NCBI GenBank assembly: GCA_964016885.1 | Contig: OZ024756.1 | Coordinates: 25,358,001 to 25,422,000, forward strand | Direction of reading: 5' to 3' | Length of the DNA: 64,000 nucleotides | Source: Eledone cirrhosa | Taxonomy: Eukaryota | Shown here: one piece after another, positions 1-13,581 of the stretch | Layout of the letters: every line of letters begins with the position of its first letter | Numbering within the stretch: position 1 is the stretch's first letter | Position numbers and translations under genes: made by a program | The notes under the pieces: model-generated | Seen by the model: only the letters and a program-made list of their open reading frames with translations | What the model was told of the DNA's origin: nothing | Databases searched by the model: none

Positions 1-49
1 TCGACACACGATTTCATATCAAACACCTTGCAAAACAAATTCATCGCCG

Positions 50-123
<74 letters not shown>

Positions 124-290
124 ATATAGTGTGTGTGTGTGTGTGTATGTTTATGTGCGTGCATGCACATACCATACATAGACATACACACACACACACA
201 CACACATATACATATATATACATACATACATACATGCATACATAGATACATACATTCATACATACATTCATACATACATACATACATACA

Positions 291-322
<32 letters not shown>

Positions 323-355
323 CACACATATATATATGTTTTAAATTATATATAT

Positions 356-390
<35 letters not shown>
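50..390. repeat. Compound microsatellite (TA)n/(TG)n/(TACA)n
   Basis: Directly visible; explains ORFs 50..325 and 133..429. Confidence 0.95.
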
Positions 391-393
<3 letters not shown>

Positions 394-599
394 GCATTCA
401 CGAAATTAAACTCATTAGTGAAATATTAATTGATTGAAAGAACAGAACATACTCCTAATAGTAACACATTGAGTCAGTACAGCATATATGTGGTGTATAT
501 TGTATTGATGGTAACGTTGTGGTTAGGGTGTTCGGCTTATGATTGTAATGTCGTGAGTTCGATTACCGCTGGCGCTTCGTCCTCTTCTTCGGCCGAGTT

Positions 600-1335
600 T
601 ACACTCACAAAGATTCAGCATGCTTTCTCCAATTGTCCCGGTCGAGCATGACATTTCTCAGTTCGTCGATGTTAACAATGTTGGCATCTCTCAGCAGGGT
701 ATCAATGAATGAGACGGCCTGTCTTCCTACGATTCTTCATCTGACCGCTGGTTTTCAGAGCACAAGTTGTGATGCTATCTCTTCTGGATGACGGATGCAG
801 TGCCCAGCCAGTTTCACTCGTCTGCAGGCAACTTTTTTTTTTAGACTGGTGGTAGTGAGCTGTCTCTGTCTAAGGCGGGTAAAATTCCCGAGATCCATGG
901 ACGAGTTCTCTCCAGCGGTCTCTGTCCCTCATTATCGCTGCCATGTCCTGCATCTCCAACAGACCAGTGTCTGTCCTTAGGGCATCAACATACGTTAACC
1001 TTGGTCTTCCTCTTCTAGTGTGTCCATGTAGGGGCTCCCAAAGGAGTACTGAGTGCAATGTCAACTCTGGATGTCGGTGATCATGTCCAGCTAACCTCAG
1101 TCTCCTCTGTGTCACTTTTGAGCTGACTTTTAGGATGCTCCCATACAGCTCTGAGTTTTTCATCCTCAGTGTATACTGATTAATGTTCAGAGCCATCCTC
1201 AGCATTCTCGTGTAGCACCCATCCACCATCTGAGTGAGTTTCTTGGTAGTGAGCTGTATAGTTCCTTATTTGTCCGCTTCTGTTTCCAAGAAATGTTGAG
1301 AGCCATTCTCAGCATACTTGCGTAACATCCGCTTC
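600..1335 (-). mobile_element. Degenerate RTE-type LINE 3' fragment (host), interrupted by a second LINE
   Basis: Minus strand reads GCYASMLRMALNISWKQKRTNKELYSSL / RRVKLAGHCIRHPEE / GRQAVSFIDTLLRDAN...MLDRDNWRK, typical of the C-terminus downstream of a LINE RT domain. Confidence 0.7.
864..1243 (-). mobile_element. 5'-truncated RTE-type LINE 3' end inserted into the related LINE
   Basis: ORF 870..1229 DGCYTRMLRMALN...RRLRLAGH...LLWEP...RRGRPRLTYVD...DRDRWR; 14-bp direct repeat TGGTAGTGAGCTGT at 850-863 and 1244-1257 (TSD). Confidence 0.8.
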
Positions 1336-1759
1336 GACCTTTCATCAATACACTTTATTTTACATTGTTTCAGGCCACTCAGCAGGCAAAAATGTGTTAT
1401 ACCTGTAAATTCAAGGGTCCAGTCTTGGCACATACACTGTGCCACGCGGAATCTCCCAAACTATGTTAATGGTAGAAGTGTTTGAAAAATGCTCGGCCTC
1501 TTATACCTTAATTTCATTAGCAAGCTGTTCCATTGTTCGAACAGTTGGAACAATCATTATCGGAACTGACGGAGGTCCTTTATATGATATTTAGTTATTC
1601 TTCAAGACGTAACACTTCATTCTATATGACTTTGCTCTTTTAATGGTGCTACGAAAATTTGGCGAAACTTTAGAGCAAAATTTGTTCCACATGTGTTCAC
1701 AGATATTTGTGAATTAATTAAGTAATAATCGGCTTAATTATTTGACCCTTTTGTGACCA

Positions 1760-2230
1760 TCATAATATAATAAAGGGAGGCGTGCGGGACTGCGTCCTGA
1801 AAATATTTTTTTATCCCGTTTGTAAAATAAGTTGGATTACTTTGAATAAATAATTGTTTCTACTTTTAGGCACAAGGCCAGCAACTACCCAGTGCCTCAC
1901 TGGTACTTTATTTTATCGACCCCGTAAGGATGAAAGGCAAAGTCAACCTCGGCGGGATTTGAACTCAGATCGTAAAGGGACGTAACTATGCTAGAAAGCA
2001 TGGCGTCCGACCCTCTACTGATACTACCAATCCACCGCCCTTACTTTGAATAAATAATGAATGAATATTACATAATTTATGTACTAAATTTCGTAATTAC
2101 TTATATAAACGTTCATATATTTGCATCGTTATATAAGGTTTATATTTCCGTCGCTAATTTTCTCCTAATGCAGTTTATACATAATATCGTCTTTTTTAAA
2201 TGTATCATGGATTACGTTACTGATTAGAGA
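1760..2230 (+). mobile_element. 3'-truncated copy of the non-autonomous Helitron-like element at 60177-60868, with a SINE insertion
   Basis: Shares GCGGGACTGCGT...GTTGGATTACTTTGAATAAATAAT...CATGGATTACGTTACTGATTA with 60200-60705. Confidence 0.6.
1855..2040 (-). mobile_element. tRNA-derived SINE (family 1), full length
   Basis: A-box-like TGGTAGTATCAG, B-box GAGTTCAAATCC, core GCCTTTCATCCTTACGGGGTCGATAAAATAAAGTACCAG; 18-bp TSD TTACTTTGAATAAATAAT at 1837-1854 and 2041-2058. Confidence 0.9.
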
Positions 2231-2231
2231 A

Positions 2232-2720
2232 GCTTTGCCTTTCATCTTTACGGGGTCGATAAAATAAAGTACCAATAATTCACTGGAGTCGATTTAATCT
2301 ACTTTCCCCTCCCCAAAATTGCTGGCCTTGTGCCTATATAAGAAACCATTATTAAGTTAGGCGTTGATTTGGCAGAATAGTGAGAACGTTAGGTAAAAGC
2401 TATCGTGTACTTTTTCTGGTTCTCTGCGATTTGAGTTCAAATTCCGCCGAGGTCAACTTTGCCTTTCATCCTTTTGAGGTCGATAAAAATCTGCTCATTA
2501 TTAGGGTCGATTAATCCTCTATATCTCTTTCTCACTCTCTCTCTCTCTCTCTCTCTCTCCTCTCTCTCTATTCTTCATTTATTTACCATAATTCATACTG
2601 ATTTCAGTGAGGTGGTGAATTGGCAGAGTCATTAGAACGTTGTAAAGAATGCTTTCTGAGTTCAACTCTCGCCGAGGTCAACTTTGTCTTTCATCCATTC
2701 AAGGTCGGTGTTAATTCTTC
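2232..2720 (+). mobile_element. Three old or partial family-1 SINE copies
   Basis: Core GCCTTTCATCC...GTCGATAAAA-like sequence at about 2237, 2461 and 2686; B boxes in the last two. Confidence 0.75.
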
Positions 2721-2725
2721 TTCCA

Positions 2726-2762
<37 letters not shown>

Positions 2763-2771
2763 CTCTCTACT

Positions 2772-2844
<73 letters not shown>

Positions 2845-3059
2845 CTCTCTACTTCTACTTCTCTGGGAAAAATCCGTTCTGTTCAGACCTGAAGAGGTGA
2901 TGAGCTCAGCCAAGTGTAAAATGCGCAACACATGCTGTATGTCACTACAGCACCACCCACCACCCACCACCCACGTCCCCATCAGGACTTATCGGTCTAA
3001 ACCCAGAATATGTCACCTCCATCATCATTATCGCCATCTAAGTGATAACCTGATGAAAG

Positions 3060-3122
<63 letters not shown>

Positions 3123-3204
3123 CTCTCTCTTTCTCTCTTTATGACATGATAACATTCCAAGAATGTGGCCATCATAAACTGTATTATTCCCTGTGACACA
3201 GTAA

Positions 3205-3274
3205 CGATCTACTACTACTCCTACTACTGCTGCTACTGCTACTACTGTTACTGCTACTGCTACTGTTACTACTT

Positions 3275-3315
<41 letters not shown>

Positions 3316-4560
3316 GTTACTACTACTGCTCCTGCTACTGCTAGTACTACTGCTGCTACTACTGTTACTGCTGCTGCTACTGCTACTACTGCTAGTACTA
3401 CTACTACTGCCAGTACTGCTGCTACTGCAACTACTGCTGCTACTGCTACTACTGCTGCTACTGCTGCAACTACTGCTACTACTGCTGCTACTGCTACTAC
3501 TGTTACTACTACTGCTGCTACTGCTACTACTGTTACTGCTGCTGCTACTGCTACTACTGCTAGTACTACTACTACTGCCAGTACTGCTGCTACTGTTACT
3601 GCTGCTGCTACTACTGCTACTGCTACTACTGTTACTACTACTGCTGCTACTGCAACTACTGCTACTACTACTGCTACTGCTACTACTGTTACTACTACTG
3701 CTCCTGCTACTGCTAGTACTACTGCTGCTACTACTGTTACTGCTGCTGCTACTGCTACTACTGCTAGTACTACTACTACTGCCAGTACTGCTGCTACTGC
3801 TGCTACTGCTACTACTGTTACTGCTGCTGCTACTGCTACTACTGCTAGTACTACTACTACTGCTGCTACTGCTACTACTACTACTACTGCTACTACTGTT
3901 ACTACTACTGCTGCTACTGCTACTACTGTTACTGCTGCTGCTACTGCTACTACTGCTACTACTGCTGCTACTGCAACTACTGCTACTACTACTGCTACTG
4001 CTACTACTGTTACTACTACTGCTGCTACTGCTACTACTGTTACTGTTGCTGCTACTGTTACTGCTGCTACTACTACTACTACTGCTACTACTGCTACTAT
4101 TGCTAGTACTGTTACTGCTGCTGCTACTGCTATTGCTGTTAGTACTACTACTACTGCCAGTACTACTGTTACTGCTGCTACTGCCACTGCTGCTACTACT
4201 ACTACTGCTACTACTGCTGCTACTACTGCTGCTACTGCTACTGCTGCTACTACTGCTGCTGCTACTACTGCTACTGCTGCTACTGCTAGTACTACTACTA
4301 CTACTGCAGCTACTACTGTTACTGCTGCTACTGCTACTGCTGCTACTACTGCTGCTACTACTACTGCTGCTACTACTGCTGCTACTACTGCTTCTACTAC
4401 TACTGCTACTGTTGCTACTTCTACTGCTGATAATGATGATGATGATGATGATGATGATGTTACAGCACACTAACTCGACACCCAAATACCAGCCTCGCCA
4501 CCACCACCACCACCACCACCACCTCCCCAACACCACCACCACCCGCCACCTCCACCTCCA
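3205..4560. repeat. Degenerate (CTA/CTG)n trinucleotide array followed by (GAT)n and (CCA)n
   Basis: Directly visible; explains the poly-V/A, poly-S and poly-L ORFs. Confidence 0.9.
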
Positions 4561-4779
4561 CCCTGTATTAAACAACAGCAGCAGTACCGTCACTACCGAG
4601 GTGCGGGGTATTAGGGTGTCGGGGTGTTGGCTGATAGACAATCTCCGAATATCTCTGCCCCTGTTGTTTCTACCAACCGCCCCACCCACACCCCACCGCT
4701 CTACATCCTACACTACCCAAATGTCACACTATCACATGACCGGCTAATCACACTCCTAAATCTATTACTGTCACTGCCT

Positions 4780-5117
4780 GTTGTTATTACTGTTGTTGTT
4801 GTTGTTGTTGTTGCTGCTGTTATTGCTGTTGTTGTTGTTGTTGTTGTTGCTGTTATTGCTGTTGTTGTTGTTGCTGCTGTTATTGTTATTGCTGTTGTTG
4901 TTATTGCTGTTATTGCTGTTGTGTTGTTATTGTTGTTGTTATATCTGTTGCTGTTATTGTTGTTGTTGCTGTTATTGCTGTTGTTGTTGCTGCTGTTAGT
5001 TATTGCTGTTGTTGTTATTGCTGTTATTGCTGTTGTTGTGTTGTTATTGTTGTTGTTGCTGTTATTGCTGTTGTTGTTGTTGTTGCTGTTGCTGTTGTTG
5101 TTGTTATTGTTGTTGTT

Positions 5118-5156
<39 letters not shown>

Positions 5157-5250
5157 GCCTCGTTGTTGTTGTTGTTGTTGTTGTTATTACTGCTGTTGTT
5201 ATTGATGCTGCTGTTTATGCTACCGTTGTTGTTGATGCTGCTGTTGTCGT
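4780..5250. repeat. Degenerate (GTT/GCT/ATT)n array
   Basis: Directly visible. Confidence 0.9.
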
Positions 5251-6339
5251 CATTCTCAGTTTCATCGGTATGGCTAAAAGAGTTGAATATGTTAGCCACG
5301 AGACCTTCGCGTTAGAGATATTGGAACGCCATTATGAAAACAAATATGAAACATAATACATGACAAAAAAAATCACACCTCATCCTTACAATTAAAACCT
5401 GAATTTAAAGAATGTTTTTAAACTAGTGCGAACCGGTTGAGGCCTGTTTTTTAGAACCAAAATCGGCCATGATAATGTAATACTCCTGGTAAAATACATT
5501 CCAGATCTCATCACTCATGGCATATTTTTTAATAGAGTAGGATGATTTGAAGGGTATTTGGTTTCTATTTATTTAGCAAGTTCAACGCTCCACCCACCCT
5601 GCATTAATCTTCCCTCGGTATTCAGATTCATTTTTTCAATCAACTGAGCTATCTTCTCGTTATATCAACGCCTAGGTAGCTGAGTATAATCCAGACACGC
5701 GATGTCTTGTAGTGTTTATCTGATCTTAGCGTTCCGAGTTCATGGGAGGAGAGAACGAATTTAATCTGTCACCTTGGTTAACATCCCCACTTTTGTTTTA
5801 GTGGCTTTCAGAGGCACACTAGCCATAAGGACATTTGGACAATGTCCATTGAGCCGTTGGACTGCGTATTCGAAGCCGATCTCTCGGGCTTTTACAAAGC
5901 GCTGAGGGGATAAAGTTAATATAAAGAGTGGTGTTCTTATGTGCAGAGATGCTATAAAATAACTTATAAAATAGCTTATAAAGATCTTTAAAGACAGAAA
6001 AAGAAGTTACCATCGGACCCTACGAGGAATCGAACTCCCATATGTCCCAGATACTGACACCGCTGCTGCTGATGATACTGCTGTTGATGCTACTGATTTT
6101 GTAGTTGCTGTTGGTAGTGGTGACAGTGGTGATAGTGTGTGTACTGGTGTTAGTATTAGTGGGTATGGTGGTGGTATAATTTATCTTTAACTCTACGTCT
6201 AAAATTAAAGTGCTCTGATACATTGGAAAAGTGTTTTTCCTCCATAAAAATCTGAAAAAATGTTTCACCTAATGCGGGTCCTAGGCCATAAAAAGGTTGG
6301 ATTTTCTTTGCTCGCGGTATGAAGAAGAGACTGACTAAT

Positions 6340-6568
6340 ACATAGTTACAATTTCAAGGAAATCGGTCTGATATAACACTCCCTGAAATATAAGTAATAT
6401 ACATGTAAAGTTTGAAAAAGATCAGTTGGGTACTTCTCGGGTTTCACAGACACATACACACACACATACATACATACATACATACATACATACATACATA
6501 CATACATACATACATACATACATACATACATACATCCTTCCTCAGTTTTATATATATACATATATAGA
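6340..6568 (-). mobile_element. 5' end of a non-autonomous Helitron-like element
   Basis: Layout AAAGTTTGAAAAAGATCAG...(TACA)n...TTTTATATATA...TATAGA (5'-TCTATA on the minus strand) parallels the element end at 60080-60167. Confidence 0.45.
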
Positions 6569-6981
6569 TTAAAATAACAGATTAAAGTTTAAGCAAAGAA
6601 TCGTTGCTTTCACCCTTAACGGGATCTTCTGAAACTAAAAACATCAATCTGTGAACGCAGAAGTAAATATTTCGAAAAACGTTGCAATCGAAGGAAAACA
6701 GGAAGACGATACTTTGCTTCGTGAAGACGTTCCCTGGCAATGAACGGATAATAGCGAACATAATACGTCATCAATGTTCGTCAGAATGTCGTAATGCAGA
6801 CAGCCAGGCATACATACAGATATTATAGGAGAGCGACGGAGATGGATATCCGGCGCCTAACACCCCTTTAACAACAGAACATTGAAAAATAAAAGCTGCA
6901 GTTAATAACTTTAGACCGCAAGGAATATATAAATGCAAGTTTGAAGTCAATCGGAGTAGAAATGTGGACTTGCAAAATTGA

Positions 6982-7070
<89 letters not shown>

Positions 7071-7339
7071 ATTAGTTCTTACCTTAGACTATTATTGTGT
7101 ATGTGAATATAAGCGTGAACTGATGTGAACTTGCAAAAGTCAATGAATTATTTTTAAAGGTGAAATCATGTAAAAAGAAATCTTCACAAAACATGTTGAA
7201 TAAAAATATGAATTATATTGTTATAATATAACAATAACAACGTTTGTGCATGTGTAAAGTGTATATAAGAAATATATAACTTCATACAACAATTTAAGTA
7301 ACAACTGACCTGATTTTTTTCTATTAAATATTCGTCTAG

Positions 7340-7522
7340 AGGGCAGTGGATTGGCAGTATCGGTAGAGGGTCGGACACCATGCTTTGACGCATAGTGTTA
7401 CGGCTCTTGCCATTCTGAGTTCAAATCCCGTCGAGATTAACTTTGCCTTTCATCCTTAAAATAAAATGCCAGTAATGCACTGGGTAATTGCTGGCCTTAT
7501 ACCAAAAAAGTAGAAACAATTA
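7340..7522 (+). mobile_element. Family-1 SINE with internal deletion
   Basis: GGATTGGCAGTATCGGTAGAGGGTCGG...GAGTTCAAATCCC...GTAGAAACAATT. Confidence 0.85.
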
Positions 7523-7628
7523 AATATTCGTTTACAATTAAATATTCGTTTACAATAAGCTCAATATAAATTTGCAGATATGCTCCATCAGGTAATGTAT
7601 ACTCCTATACATTACCTGATGAAGCATA

Positions 7629-8015
7629 TCTAACCCTAACACTTATCCGAAACCTAACCCTAACGCAAACACTAACTCTAGCATTGACCTTAACCCTAAC
7701 ACTAACCCTAACCTTAACATTTATCCTAACCTTAAACTTAACGCTAACCTTAACACTAACCCTAATTCTAACCCTAACACTTATCCGAAACCTAACCCTA
7801 ACGCAAACACTAACTCTAGCATTGACCTTAACCCTAACACTAACCCTAACCTTAACATTTATCCTAACCTTAAACTTAACGCTAACCTTAACACTAACCC
7901 TAATTCTAACCCTAACACTTATCCGAAACCTAACCCTAACGCAAACACTAACTCTAGCATTGACCTTAACCCTAACCTTAACATTTATCCTAACCTTAAA
8001 CTTACCCCTAACCCC
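7629..8015. repeat. Interstitial degenerate (TAACCC)n telomere-like array with a 138-bp higher-order unit (about 2.7 copies)
   Basis: ACTTATCCGAAACC recurs at 7641, 7779 and 7917 (period 138 = 23 hexamers). Confidence 0.85.
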
Positions 8016-8415
8016 AACCAGAGGCTGGGCGACACCACTGAAAAAGGGTAGGGATGACAAAATGAAAACAAATGGGTGTCTTTTTTAGACCTAAATCCAG
8101 AGGATGCTGCTTCCTAATTTACTCCCATGTCAATCATAATCCCAAATATTACTCAACGAAACTTTTATATCTTCTCTGTAAATATTAGCACTTTTTTTTT
8201 TGTTAAAATTTAGAAAAAAACAACCAGAATTTTTATCCTCTTTCACAACATTTCAACAAAACGTTTCTATTTGTAAATTAAGTTATACTTGACAAAAAAT
8301 AGTTGGGTGGGGAGAACTGAGTCCCATACATTCTTTGAATATTTTTACATTGCGAACGTTATAACTCATTAATGTCACAGATTCTTTAAACACAATTCAT
8401 TAATGCCATAGCTAG

Positions 8416-8449
<34 letters not shown>

Positions 8450-8482
8450 CTATCTCTATCTCTATCTCTTCTCCCTGTCTCC

Positions 8483-8567
<85 letters not shown>

Positions 8568-9379
8568 CTCCCTCCGTCTCTCTCTCTCTCTCTCTCTCTT
8601 TCGCCGCTCTATTTATCTCACACGCACACACACACATATATATATATATTTACATATGTATGAGTGTGTATATGTATATGTATTAATTATTTGTGACTGG
8701 TGACTAGTGTTTTTCTAAAATTTGCACAAAAATGTATGTGCATATATATGACAATGTATTTTCATATCTATCTATTTGCCTGCCTATCTATCTAGCAATT
8801 TACCAACATATCTTTCTATCAGTTTATCTATCTATCTCTCTGAGCCACCATTTCAAGTAGAGCGCAAAAACTCCAACTAGAATTACTAACGTAGTGCGGA
8901 GAGAAGTATTTTTACTTGATAATTAATACATAAGATAACTCTGGTTATGTTTCGCTCTTATTAGAGCGTATCGTACTTAACACAATGATGATAAGAGAAT
9001 CAACAATGCAATCCTACTTAGTGATTTCCTTATCAATATTCCAGCAAGTGAAGTGAAATCTATACTTAACTGAAGAGGTCAAATAAGTCCAAAATACATC
9101 CAGAGTTATCTCCCGTACTTGTCGAAATGATTAAAATACTATTAGTTATTAAGCTAACGTTATTAAGCTAACGTTATTAAGCTAACGTTATTAAGCTAAC
9201 GTTGTCTATCCAGTACCACATTTCTAATTAGATTTATTTTTGCTCAGCATCAAATATGTTGCCCCTCGCCACTAAATATTTATATACATTTCTCCTCTCC
9301 TCTCCTCTACACAATTATATATCTGTTTGGCTTCGAAGCGAACTAGAAAGATGAAAATAGGTCATATATCTCTCTCTCA

Positions 9380-9479
<100 letters not shown>

Positions 9480-9596
9480 CATTCTCTCTCTCTCTTTCAC
9501 ACACACACAAATATCCACGAATCAAAAAAAGAACGTTCCCGTTGTTACTTAACACGATAGGAATAATTCTTTTGATAATTTAGTTCTAGATATATT

Positions 9597-12476
9597 TTCT
9601 AAAATACAGTATATTATGTTTGACAAAATATAGCATATTATGTTTGACAAAATGTAGCATATTATGTTTGACAAAATATAGCATATTATGTCTGACAAAA
9701 TATAGCATATTATGTTTCACAAAATATAGCATATTATGTTTGACAAAATATAGCATATTATGTTTGACAAAATGTAGCATATTATGTTTGACAAAATATA
9801 GCATATTATGTCTGACAAAATATAGCACATTATGTTTGACAAAATATAGCATATTATGTTTGACAAAATATAGCATATTATGTTGATAGAATATAGCATA
9901 TTATGTCTGACAAAATATAGCATATTATGTCTGACAAAATATAGCATATTATGTTTGATAGAATATAGCATATTATGTTTGACAAAATGTAGCATATTAT
10001 GTTTGACAAAATATAGCATATTATGTTGATAGAATATAGCATATTATGTCTGACAAAATATAGCATATTATGTTTGACAAAATATAGCATATTATGTTTG
10101 ATAGAATATAGCATATTATGTTTGACAAAATGTAGCATATTATGTTTGACAAAATATAGCATATTATGTTTGACAAAATATAGCATATTATGTCTGACAA
10201 AATATAGCATATTATGTTTGACAAAATGTAGCATATTATGTCTGACAAAATGTAGCATATTATGTTTGATAGAATATAGCATATTATGTTTGACAAAATG
10301 TAGCATATTATGTTTGACAAAATGTAGCATATTATGTTTGACAAAATATAGCATATTATGTTTGACAAAATATAGCATATTATGTTTGACAAAATATAGC
10401 ATATTATGTTTGACAAAATATAGCATATTATGTCTGACAAAATATAGCATATTATGTTTGACAAAATGTAGCATATTATGTCTGACAAAATGTAGCATAT
10501 TATGTTTGATAGAATATAGCATATTATGTTTGACAAAATGTAGCATATTATGTTTGACAAAATATAGCATATTATGTTTGACAAAATATAGCATATTATG
10601 TTTGACAAAATATAGCATATTATGTTTGACAAAATATAGCATATTATGTCTGACAAAATATAGCATATTATGTTTGATAGAATATAGCATATTATGTCTG
10701 ACAAAATATAGCATATTATGTTTGACAAAATATAGCATATTATGTTTGACAAAATATAGCATATTATGTTTGACAAAATATAGCATATTATGTCTGACAA
10801 AATATAGCATATTATGTCTGACAAAATATAGCATATTATGTTTGACAAAATGTAGCATATTATGTTTGATAGAATATAGCATATTATGTTTGACAAAATA
10901 TAGCATATTATGTTTGATAGAATATAACATATTATGTTTGACAAAATGTAGCATATTATGTTTGATAGAATATAGCATATTATGTCTGACAAAATATAGC
11001 ATATTATGTCTGACAAAATATAGCATATTATGTTTGACAAAATATAGCATATTATGTTTGATAGAATATAGCATATTATGTTTGATAGAATATAGCATAT
11101 TATGTTTGACAAAATATAGCATATTATGTCTGACAAAATATAGCATATTATGTTTGATAGAATATAGCATATTATGTTTGATAGAATATAGCATATTATG
11201 TCTGACAAAATATAGCATATTATGTTTGATAGAATATAGCATATTATGTCTGACAAAATATAGCATATTATGTTTGATAGAATATAGCCTATTATGTCTG
11301 ACAAAATATAGCATATTATGTTTGACAAAATATAGCATATTATGTTTGACAAAATATAGCATATTATGTTTGACAAAATATAGCATATTATGTTTGATAG
11401 AATATAGCATATTATGTCTGACAAAATATAGCATATTATGTTTAACAAAATGTAGCATATTATGTCTGACAAAATATAGCATATTATGTTTGATAGAATA
11501 TAGCATATTATGTTTGATAGAATATAGCATATTATGTCTGACAAAATATAGCATATTATGTCTGGCAAAATATAGCATATTATGTTTGACAAAATGTAGC
11601 ATATTATGTTTGATAGAATATAGCATATTATGTTTGATAGAATATAGCATATTATGTCTGACAAAATGTAGCATATTATGTTTGATAGAATATAGCATAT
11701 TATGTCTGACAAAATATAGCATATTATGTTTGACAAAATATAGCATATTATGTTTGATAGAATATAGCATATTGTTTGACAAAATATAGCATATTATGTT
11801 TGATAGAATATAGCATATCATCTGACAAAATATAGCATATTATGTCTGACAAAATATAGCATATTATGTTTGATAGAATATAGCATATTATGTCTGACAA
11901 AATATAGCATATTATGTCTGACAAAATATAGCATATTATGTTTGATAGAATATAGCATATTATGTCTGACAAAATATAGCATATTATGTCTGACAAAATA
12001 TAGCATATTATGTTTGATAGAATATAGCATATTATGTCTGACAAAATATAGCATATTATGTTTGATAGAATATAGCATATTATGTCTGACAAAATATAGC
12101 ATATTATGTTTGATAGAATATAGCATATTATGTTTGACAAAATATAGCATATTATGTTTGATAGAATATAGCATATTATGTCTGACAAAATATAGCATAT
12201 TATGTTTGATAGAATATAGCATATTATGTTTGACAAAATATAGCATATTATGTTTGATAGAATATAGCATATTATGTCTGACAAAATATAGCATATTATG
12301 TTTGATAGAATATAGCATATTATGTCTGACAAAATATAGCATATTATGTTTGATAGAATATAGCATATTATGTTTGACAAAATATAGCATATTATGTTTG
12401 ATAGAATATAGCATATTATGTTTGACAAAATATAGCATATTATGTTTGATAGAATATAGCATATTATGTTTGACAC
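9597..12476. repeat. 24-bp minisatellite AAAATATAGCATATTATGTTTGAC, about 120 copies
   Basis: 24-bp period with variants TTT/TCT, GACAAAAT/GATAGAAT and ATAG/GTAG; explains the KHNMLYFV and SNIICYIL ORFs. Confidence 0.97.
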
Positions 12477-12648
12477 AATCGAAATAAATACCGCTAAGCA
12501 TTTCGCCTAATTACAAATAAGTTAGAGGATGGTGACGGCTGGAACATCTTTGATCATAGATTTGCCAAGTTAGAGGCTGATATAAGTATAGACAGCATCA
12601 TCAGCAACCATATTATTACTAACACGCACACATAACATGCAGCCCCCC

Positions 12649-12651
<3 letters not shown>

Positions 12652-12722
<71 letters not shown>

Positions 12723-13004
12723 CATGTATACATGTATACATATATATATACATATATATACATATGTATATATATATAAATATATGTGTGTGTATATGTA
12801 TATATATATATATATATATACATATATACATGTATACATATATATATATATACATATATATACATATGTATATATATAAATATATGTGTGTGTGTGTGTG
12901 TATATGTATATATATATATATATATATACATATATACATGTATACATATATATATATACATATATATACATATGTATATATATATAAATATATGTGTGTG
13001 TGTG

Positions 13005-13081
<77 letters not shown>

Positions 13082-13150
13082 ACATATATATATATATACA
13101 TATATATACATATGTATATATATAAATATATGTGTGTGTGTGTGTGTGTA

Positions 13151-13192
<42 letters not shown>

Positions 13193-13256
13193 CATATGTA
13201 TATATATAAATATGTGTGTGTGTGTGTGTGTGTATATATGTATATATATATATATA
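12652..13256. repeat. Compound (TA)n/(TG)n array with a recurring longer unit
   Basis: TACATGTATACAT...AAATATATGTGTG block repeats several times. Confidence 0.85.
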
Positions 13257-13415
13257 ACAAAGAAGATGTGGTAAGGACCCAGGTGGACCATAACGCACCA
13301 GAGTACTCGATACTAAGAGTAGTAGAGTAGGTAATAGGGAAAGAGTCAGGACCCCGACGGCGGATCTAGCTGTCGAAACGACCGGAGCTCAGCCGTCGGG
13401 GTCCTGACACTTTTG

Positions 13416-13420
<5 letters not shown>
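13255..13420 (-). mobile_element. TA-inserted foldback element, family F (diverged copy)
   Basis: GGACCCCGACGGC...GCCGTCGGGGTCC inverted arms plus tail GTGGTAAGGACCCAGGTGGACCATAACGCACC; (TA)n on both sides. Confidence 0.75.
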
Positions 13421-13474
<54 letters not shown>

Positions 13475-13581
13475 GACACACATACAAACGTAAAGGTTTC
13501 AACGTTAAGTCTTCTGCAACACTGCTTTAATGCCAATGGATATAAAACACGTGCGTGTTAGAACCTTCTCTGGTTATATCT

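Noticed and set aside
1855-2040. tRNA genes at the GAGTTCAAATCC motifs
   Set aside because: These are SINE heads with A and B boxes but no cloverleaf, followed by a shared core and tail
2997-4747. Long poly-Ser, poly-Val/Ala and poly-Leu ORFs (antifreeze- or mucin-like)
   Set aside because: Trinucleotide array open in several frames; no splice or domain evidence
9586-12501. ORFs of 200-650 aa (KHNMLYFV, SNIICYIL, TKYSILCL repeats)
   Set aside because: Translations of a 24-bp minisatellite, open on both strands; not genes
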